Below are positions 55,228 through 64,000 of a stretch of DNA of 64,000 nt, piece after piece. How positions within the stretch are numbered: the stretch's first letter is position 1; each line of letters starts with the position of its first letter. The translations under genes were made by a program, and so were the position numbers. The DNA comes from Paraspadella gotoi (lineage: Eukaryota > Animalia > Chaetognatha), in assembly GCA_051294375.1 (NCBI GenBank), contig CM119266.1:10577571-10641570 (forward strand), read 5' to 3'. The notes below the pieces were generated by a model. The model was not told the DNA's origin. It did not search any database and was given only the letters and a program-made list of their open reading frames with translations.

Positions 55228-56793
55228 TCTCCTATAGATTGTAATCATAGCGAGGGAGTCACGACGGGAGGGCGTTTCATCCCTCCGAGGCACAAGATTC
55301 CATACTGGGATCGAGACAGGAAAAGGGATGATGATGACGACGACGACGTCGGTTGTGAAAGTGATGATAATTGTGATTATAGCGATGATTGAGAATTACG
55401 TTGATGATGAAAATGACTAATCCAAGACAATTTGGTAGTTATTTAAATAAAAATCGGTAATATTAACGGCAACTAATTCTTATAACTCTTCGAATGTAAA
55501 CAGATTTTGTACAGGAATTGGAAAAAAAGGCCCAAAGCGCACGGGGCGGATTTTTCAGCGGGAGTGAGAACCCAGGCACCGGAGGAGGCCCCGAGGGGGG
55601 GGGGAGATACTTCTGGAGGTGCAGCGGATCCGAGGGAGGGGGGGAATGAGGTGAGTTCGGGAGCAAAAGGGGTCGTGGGTGTAGGAAAGGGCGCTGCGGC
55701 GACGATCAGGAGTTAGTAGATATTCTCGGCCTCGTTTGGTTTTTTGAATCGCCTTAATATTATTATTAAGAACATAAATTATGTATATCATCTTCTTTTA
55801 TCAATATATGAAATATTTAAACAACTGAATATACAGCAATTTTTTTCTAAAAAAAAGATACCGTAAAAATGATTAATTCTATATTTTGATTTCTGATTTC
55901 GCCTCAGCCTCTGAATTCGAAATATGAATATGAAACGTCGCCTGGATTCATCTCGCAATGGGAGGTTGCTAACATCCAAGGTGAAGACTCGAAAAGGAAA
56001 TTAAGATCGAAATTGAAAAGAAAAAATGAAATAAAACTTCAATAAACGGAAGCGGATAGAGACTGTAAATACGAAAATTGTATGCGAATCCTGATTGTTT
56101 ACAACAAAAAAACAAACAAAAACGGACGAATCGTTAAGAGCATTTCCCATCGACTCAATCCTTTATTCTCCACCCATTTTAGAGAAGAAAAAAAAGTTCG
56201 GTTCCAAGTTTCAGTTTTTGGATACTCTCTCTCCTTTCTATATTGTTTATTGGGGCGGCCCCGGGGGGCCTCGCCATTAACTGAAGTCCCGGGGGGCGCC
56301 GCGGGGGGCGGCCTGGCGGCGGGGGTTACCATGGAGATCGAAATTGAAAAAAAAAAAAACCGGACGTGACGTCGCGGATTTTTTTCGGTGCGAAAGGAAC
56401 CAATGAGAGTTGAGGAAACTAAAGGCAAGGACCAATGAGTTAAAAGCTCTCTCTCTGGCGAAGGAGTACGTTGCATTTTCAAACTAGTGGTAAAGCCACG
56501 GGAGGAACCAAACACAAAAAAAAAAGAAAATCTGCGAAAAAGCAACAACAGCCGACACAACAGCGTGTTTGCAGCAGAATGTAAGACAAAAAGTAAAAAA
56601 GTAGAAAATTAAAAGCAAAAATCTTATTTAAGTAAAGCGAATTCCTGATTCAAGACAGGGTAGAATGGGAGGAAGTAACGAAAGAGAGGAAAGAAAAGGA
56701 AGGAGGGAGGGAGGGAGAAAGGAAAGAGGAAGGAAAGTCCGAAAATTCCATAACCGAACCGTCGTGCCAAAGGGCTTCATATGGAGCACTCAC

Positions 56794-56827
56794 CGAGGAG
56801 AGCTTGGACCAAATTCCGCGTTATCAT
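56794..56827 (-). CDS. Candidate first coding exon of Oaz-like gene (MITRNLVQALL-D)
   Basis: ATG ATA ACG CGG AAT TTG GTC CAA GCT CTC CTC G|GTGAGT. The donor is consensus, and phase 1 matches the acceptor at 47837 (G+AC = Asp). There is no homology support. Confidence 0.25.
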
Positions 56828-59115
56828 GAATTATCGCGAGGTGGCAAGAAGCGCAGAGAGAGAAAGAGAGAGAGAGAGATGTTTTATGAGGCTCTGTACC
56901 GCAGGTGGCAGAATGATTTTGCGGGAGTTTTTGGCGCATATCTCTCTCTCTCTCTAGCATCAAGAGGAGGAGAGAGAGAGGGGAAAGGGGTTAAGTGAAA
57001 CTAAGGGAAGGGGGGTGAACGAGGAACAAGACTCAAAAGGGAGACTGGGGTGAGAACCAAAGTAAAGATGATTTGTTTTGAGAAAAAACAATTTTACCCG
57101 AAACCCGAAAACCGAAGAGTGGAAGACTCGATCTTCAAAGTTCGAGTATCGAATCATCTTCGTCTAAGTCATTAGCCAGTTTCGTCTGGAGATGGGAAAA
57201 TAGAGAAAGTGGGTTGAAGCACCTCATTTCCTCCCCATTTTTGAGAATCGCAAACCCGTTGGGTATGTTAAAGGTAAGATGAAACCCTTTTGCTTTTTTA
57301 TTTCACTTTTTTCCCTTTTTTCTCCGACTATCACTCTCTCCCTTCTTTTTTCATAATCCTTTCCCCGGTATCAATATTGAATGAAGCAGAATTCCTCGCT
57401 CGCGCTCGGCAACCCCTCCGTTTTGGGTCAGCTGGCCTGGGGGCCGCCACTTGCCGCAGCCGCCCACCTACCCGGCCCGGCCGAAAACCGGTCCCGCCGA
57501 ATCGGCTCTCGACCCCCATATTTCTTTATTTTTGGTCGATATGTGATGACACCCAAAGCACCCCCGAGAATCCTGGACCGGAGGCGGCGGCGCCGGTGTG
57601 TGGGCGGTCGGTCGGTGGATGGCGTGACAGAGTCGACGCCGGCGTTTTCGCGGCGTCATTTGTCCCCCCCACACCTCGGAATAAGTTCGCCCTTTATTAG
57701 GCGATGATTGAGAGAAACGGCGCCGACCCATTGACGTTCATTGCGTTATGTCGGGAACCGAGAAATAAAACGGCGTTATATGATATGGAACTTTTGTCGT
57801 TATTGTTGTTTTGTCCCCGTCTCTCTCGCTCTCCCAGTTTTGACTTTTTTATGACGAGGGATGGAATTTATTTGGGCGATCTCACTTGATTTGGTGGGTT
57901 TTTTTTTAGTGAGGGGGAGGCGATCACGAAAAGGTTTTTTTTTTCCTGACGTGGCGATCCAATGGAATCTGACGGAATCATTGTTAAAATTGTAGGGAAG
58001 AACTATATTTGGGTTTCGAAGCTGAAAAGATAAGGGCGGGTCCAAGGAAGAAAAGTAAGTTAAAAGGTGCGAAAAGCAGCAGTAAAGTAGGGCCGCGGAA
58101 GAGTCAAGTCGGGAGGAAAAGAGGCTTCACATCATAAGCAAAGGTCAGGCGTCGGGCGTCGAGGAACTGGCAAAGACTTGGAAAGAGGAGAATGACGACG
58201 GTCGAGGGAAGGGCGGGTAAGTTGGGATTGTGGGGAAAGGAAAGGGAAGGATAGGGAGTGATAGTCGGGGGGTTGAAAGGAGAGGGGGGGGAGGTAAGAT
58301 TCCAAGGTTGAACGCGAGAGAGAGAGAAAAGGTGATAAAAGTCAAAAATTCTCTCGAGTCGAGGAATCGGGAGGAAACGGCGACGGGTTTTTCCGCTCGA
58401 TGCGAAGAGTAAATCAAAACGAGGCCCAATTTTTCGACGCGAGGTCGACTGGCGATGGCGCACTCGCACTCTCTCTCTCTCTCTTCCCTTTCGCCCGGCT
58501 TAAATAATAAACAAGCGTGAATAATTAAAATATCTGTTAAGGGTCTTATTTGGTGAGAGGGCGAGGCAGAGGAAAAAGTAAATTAACTCTGAAACGAGTT
58601 TCTCGCAGGAATCTGAGAACATTTTCTTTTTCCTCTAACCTAAAACATTTATTACTTTTAATATAAAAGTCATATACAAAAGTTACCAAATAACGAAAAA
58701 AAAAACATCTTAACGATTAAAAGAACCGCGTGAGAAAACTGCAAGCGTCTTCACCAAAAGCTTCATTCACTCAGCCCGAAAAAAAAAAATAAGACAATAA
58801 ACCCACAAAAACCCGTTCCGGCGTTCGGGTTCAACTTTGCGGACTCAATAGCGTCACCGAATCATCCTCTCATATTACGTAATAACCGTCTTTTTTTTCA
58901 TCCTCTCCCACTTGTCATCTTCCGTCCAACCACTTCTCCCATTCGCCCCGCCCACTACTTCTTCCGTCCTCTCCCGATCGCCACGCCCCCTTCTCGAGCG
59001 ACCACCCCGCCCCCTTTTTTGCGAAGAGGCGCCGATTCCAAAAACGAGGCGCGCCGAGACAATCAAGGACGACGACGAAGAACCGCGCGTGGTCCCGAGA
59101 GACGCTCCCCAACCT

Positions 59116-59165
<50 letters not shown>

Positions 59166-59480
59166 ACTCCGCGCTCGGGGCTTTGAGACAGAATCTAATC
59201 AACGTCGAGAGGAATCAAAGTTTTAACTTTCGCTTCGAATCGAGAATAAAAAAAAAAATAATAATAAGCACAGAGGAGTTACTTTATCTTTTTTTTTTGT
59301 CCGTTTTGATTTTGTCTGATATAGAGGGGGGAAGAGAAAAAGAGGGGGGGAGAGGGAGGGAGGCTCGGCTGAACCCAGCTGCTTCCGTTTCCTTCATACG
59401 CCCCTTGATACGTAACCTTCATAGCCGCGTCAAAAAAAAAAAAAAAATTGGCGAAGAGAGAAAGCATCGCTTAAAAACCA

Positions 59481-59531
<51 letters not shown>

Positions 59532-62339
59532 GAGCGCCACTGAAAACATCTGCGCGCGCCCTCCTGCGGAGACTGGAAAAAGATGGGTGAAATAACGCCG
59601 TCGCTGCAGGGGGGAGAGGTAGGGGGGGAGAGGGTAGGGGGAGATATGGTGGGGGCGGGAAGAGAAAGAAAGAAAGAAAATGTGAGCAACGAGATCAGAC
59701 TCGGCCAACCTGAGATTCTCGTTTACGCGGGGAAGAAAAAAGGTGAGATGGGGGAGAGGGGGGGCGGCGTGAGTAGGTGAGAAAAGGGACGGCGTCCGAG
59801 AGAGAGAAAAAAAAATTACGAGGCGGCGAGACTGGTTTATCGAGTCGATAAAATGGCACGATGGGTCAAAGGGTGACCGATATAAAAGTTTTGCATAATG
59901 AGAAACATCTGTGACCCATCCTCCACCGATCCTCCTCTTCTTCTTCTTCTTCCTCCTTCTCCTCTTCCTCCCTCGCGACTGGGAAAAGACGTCGGGGTCG
60001 CGGTCAGTCGCGGGATTTTTTAACGACGCGGGTCGCGGATCGAGAACAAAAGAGGGCGCGTTTGGTCAGTTGGTCGGTCGGTCAGTCGTTCGGAACGGGG
60101 TGTCAGTCTCTCGGGCGGGGGTCGGCGGAGGTGGGGGAGAGAAGGTTGGGAGGAGTGAGGGGGGAAAGGGTGGTTGCGTGAGATTCAAGGAGGTCGAGAG
60201 AAATTTAAAGAGAGAAAAGAGAAAAAGGAAACGCTGAAGAAGGACGAACGAAGAAGTAATAATAACAAAGAAAAAGAGAAGTAAAATAAAACAAAAGAAA
60301 TGGAATAACAAAATAAGAAGTGAGAAAAGAAACTAAGGATGAACGAACAAACAAGGCCAACAAAGAGAGTGGTTGAAAGAAACTATAAACCTAAGTACAG
60401 AAAGGAGAAAACAGAAACCAAGTTCACAAGGAGAGAAAGCATAAATGGGAGAACAGAAACCATAAAACGGGAGAACAAAAGGGAGAACGGAAACGGGGAA
60501 GAGAGGAGAACGGCGAGAGAATCCGTCACGCGGTGGGAGACGCGCGCTGGGAGCTCGAACGCTCGCGCTCCCTCGCGCTCGCCGTTGGTGACAACCGGGG
60601 GCTGCAACTGAAAACAGATAATGGCGCCGGTGGAAAAATAATAGGGATGAGGGAGAGAGAGGAACGACGCCGCGTCAGAAAACGACGCCGGATCGGCAGA
60701 GTGAAAGAGTCGACGTGACGTTTGAAACGACTCCGGAAATAAAAAGAGCTAGAGTGGTGGGCGGTGTGAAAAAAAAGACACACTTCGTCTTGTTAATTAA
60801 AAAAAAACCGGATTTAAACAATCTTAACATCCTTAACAACGACCATCCATAATCCCTCGCAGTCCGGCCTCCTTCCCGTCAGTTGCCCGACCGCGCCCGA
60901 TTGTCCACTAATGGGTCCACACGTTCTATCCTTTTTCTATTTTCTAATCTCGGTTAAAAAATTTTTCTCGAGCTCGAAAAGAGAAAAGATTGGGCGTAGA
61001 CTCCGTTGCCAAGCGACGAAACTTGTTAGTCGTCTTAGCAACAAAAAGCCTCTCTCTGCCTCACGTGGCCATCCCCGTCGCGACCAACGGGTGGCTGTGG
61101 GTGACGATGGGAATGGGAGACACGTGGAGAATGACGAGGAATTCGTTTCGCGTTAATGTTTTTTTCTTTTTCTTCTTTTTTTGGTTTCATTGTGGAAAAC
61201 TAAGTGGAAATGCAAAAGATGGAATCTTATTTTTCTTTATAATGGTGAGAAAATGTTTTTGTAACCAAGGTAATTTCTAAATCTGGCATCTCCAAATCTA
61301 CTCGCTCCCTTCAATTTACTCTTTCATTTTCTATCATTTCTCTCTCTCTCTCTCCCCATTCAGCGCGGATTAACATGCCTAAGCCTTCCAACTCGGTAGA
61401 ACACAGAGAATTGTTGAGACTTAAGACCTTTCCGCCCTTCGGTCCCCGAAAAACCTCGAGATCGCATCTCTCTCTGTTCCACAGTTCGATTTCCATCTTT
61501 GGAAAAGAAATCGACCAATCAAAAGGCGACGATGGATTCCAAAGACCAATGATCGATCCTTAACGCGACGGCCTTAACCACCTCGCGTTCGCGACCGTAT
61601 CTCTCTCTCTCTCTCCGTGAATAAGGCGACGAGGGGGGGGGTAGTGAGATAGAGAGAATGAATCGGTTCCTCACGAAACGCATCACTTCCCGTAGTTAAG
61701 CAACCAATGAATGGCGTCGACTCCGAAGCTTTCGACCAATCGAAAGGCCGGAATCGACATCATTTAACGTAATTGACGAGAGTCTCAAAAAAAGGTTTTT
61801 ATGGTTCATCGAAACCGAAAGGAGAAAACAGGTGAATGAGACGGACAAAAAAAAAGGTTGGGTCCGAGAGGAAAATCGATGTCGAGGGGATAGAGAGAGA
61901 GGGATAGAAAGAGAAAATATTAGAAAGGAAGAGAGAAGGAAATAGATAGTGGATAGAAAGAGGGAGAAACTGATATAGAGGTAGAGAGAAAAAATAATTA
62001 GAATAATTATTTTTAGATTTGAAAATGTTTTACGAATTTTTCTCAGCAGGTGATGAAATTAATCCAAACCTTTAAAAAAAAAAACGCAGTTCTATTTCAG
62101 TATTTCAGCAGTTGTCTTTCAATCAGACAACAACAACAACCATCTGCGAATGCAAATGAATGGCGAACAATAGCGATCGATGCCCAACGAAAGAGAATCC
62201 CGTCCAGTGTACCAAGAAGTCAGCCCAACCTCATTAACAACAACGACAATACGACTAACGCCCCCCGACTGCGCATCCACGGTCAAAGGAACAACGAAAG
62301 GCGACGCGGCGAAACCAAAAGAAAAACGAAACAACCGGG

Positions 62340-62341
<2 letters not shown>

Positions 62342-62372
<31 letters not shown>
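62342..62372. repeat. (AT)n microsatellite
   Basis: Perfect alternating AT run. Confidence 0.9.
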
Positions 62373-62373
<1 letters not shown>

Positions 62374-62639
62374 TGTTCATTGTGCGCGCCACTACCGGCT
62401 TCCACAACGGGGGTGATATCACCAACGGGAGCAGCTGAACCCATTCTTAGCGACGGACCGAGGGATCAGAAACCGGACAAAAAGTGGAACGATGATGACG
62501 ATGACAGCGACGATGACGATGACGACGCGGTGTCGTTTTATGGGTACGGGCGATTGACCCCGATGGCTCCTGGCGACTGCGACAACGGGACCGGTTTCCT
62601 GGGGTCGCAAGGTGCTTAATGACCAAGCGGGCCGGGTCG

Positions 62640-62681
62640 GGGGCCGGGGCCGGGGCCGGGGCCGGGGCCGGGGCCGGGGCC
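62640..62681 (+). repeat. (GGGGCC)7 hexanucleotide repeat, G-quadruplex-capable
   Basis: Seven perfect GGGGCC units read directly. Confidence 0.95.
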
Positions 62682-64000
62682 GGGCAGAACGGGTCGCGGC
62701 AGATCGAAGATCGCCGTAATTAGAGGCGAGGGTCAAGAGAATAAAAGGCGGGGAGGAAAAATGAGGGGGGGGAGAGAAGATGGAAAGAGAGAGAGAGAGA
62801 GAGAGAAGAGAGCCGATGATCATCTCCTGTGTGTACTATTTCGGTTTCGGTCGCTCTGCCTTTTGATTTTTGAAGAAACCAAAAGTGACCATTGTTCTAT
62901 TTCCCACTCGCCTAGACGGGACGTCCGGATGTATCTCCTGGGACAAGATAAAAAAAACGAGGTCACAGGGAGGAAATTGTCAAAATTGTTTTATAAATTT
63001 CACGCCCAAAATTTAAAAAAAAAAATTTTTGGTACGAGATTTTCTATTTTAATATAACTTAATTTTCTCATGAAAATTGCTAAATTACCTGGTACAACCA
63101 ATATTGTATTTCCCAATTCCAAAATGTTGGATTTATTAATGTAAAAATTAAGATTTTGTCAAAGAAAAAAGGACTTTTCGCCAACCAGTCGCTGCTACCG
63201 AATTTTTCTCCTCTCGCTTCGCCGCGTTACAAAAGAAAAAAACTCTCCTTTTTCAGCCTAATTCGAATTTGGGTGAACACGGAGTGACGAACAAAAGAAC
63301 AGCATTTTTTTTTCATTTCGATTCGCTTATCGATTCGATCGATGAAGAGAGAGAATCTTTTGAGGCATCGACGATGGGAGCGTCCCCTTAAAAAAAAGGA
63401 GGGGACGTTGGCAAGGGACAGGTTCCCAACTTAAAGGGACGATAGAGGAGAGAATTGATCAAATTTTTTTTTTCAATTTCCAATGTCTTTCTCTCTCTTA
63501 TCTCACTATCAATGGTTAAATTTGTACTTTAATCTTATTTGCATATAGCAGTATTTGATTAATTAGAAAATATTTTTAATCATACCGTATGAGAGGATTT
63601 TCATTGAAATATGACGGTTGTTCACACCAAATGTAAAAATGGGACTTGATCTTTCACTCTATGGAATTACTATTTGATTAATTATAATAAACGTAGGTGA
63701 TGAAAACAGCGACAAAGAAAAAATTAATTGTCTTCTTTAAAAAGTCTCGAAGAATATTCTTTGTAAAAAAAAACAAAAAATCACAACAATTCAAGGCATG
63801 CCACCACATAAACGTTAAAATTTGAATGGAGTGTCAAACCCCAAGGTAACACTCTAGATCAGTTGATAATATCATAAGTGTTTCTGAAAATACAGTATTA
63901 CAGCGTCTACTTAAGTGGAGTAAAAAGATAATAAAAGGCTAAAGAAACAGGATGAAGGTGAAATTATGACAGGTTTTCTTGACCAAATAATTTTCAAAAG

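Noticed and set aside
62050-62619. 189-aa + strand ORF
   Set aside because: It contains translated (AT)n (IYIYIY) and poly-D/Q from simple repeats. No homology is recognisable.

Overview
This is eukaryotic DNA, not prokaryotic. It is rich in (GA)n and (CGA)n microsatellites and in CpG, and has AT-rich spacers and nine N-gaps. The composition suggests a holometabolous insect, perhaps a beetle, in a draft assembly; that is an inference. Most of the window is intron, plus possible upstream sequence, of one minus-strand gene: the Oaz / ZNF423-ZNF521 family multi-C2H2 zinc-finger transcription factor. Three coding exons can be read with GT-AG boundaries and consistent phases: 47837-47688, 47575-47379 and 26621-26482. 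They encode a Pro/Thr-rich N-terminal segment and the fingers [21 protein letters not shown]|[25 protein letters not shown] and [13 protein letters not shown] phase-compatible candidate first coding exon lies at 56827-56794. The next downstream exon was not found, so it is probably beyond position 1 or inside a gap. The first ~5.7 kb is a ~3.05 kb tandem duplication whose first copy is full of single-base insertions, most likely an unpolished long-read gap-fill artefact. The other six-frame ORFs look like low-complexity noise. I found no convincing novel biological system. The best leads are the Oaz gene architecture, a P-x-S/T-P repeat array, and candidate intronic cis-regulatory modules.
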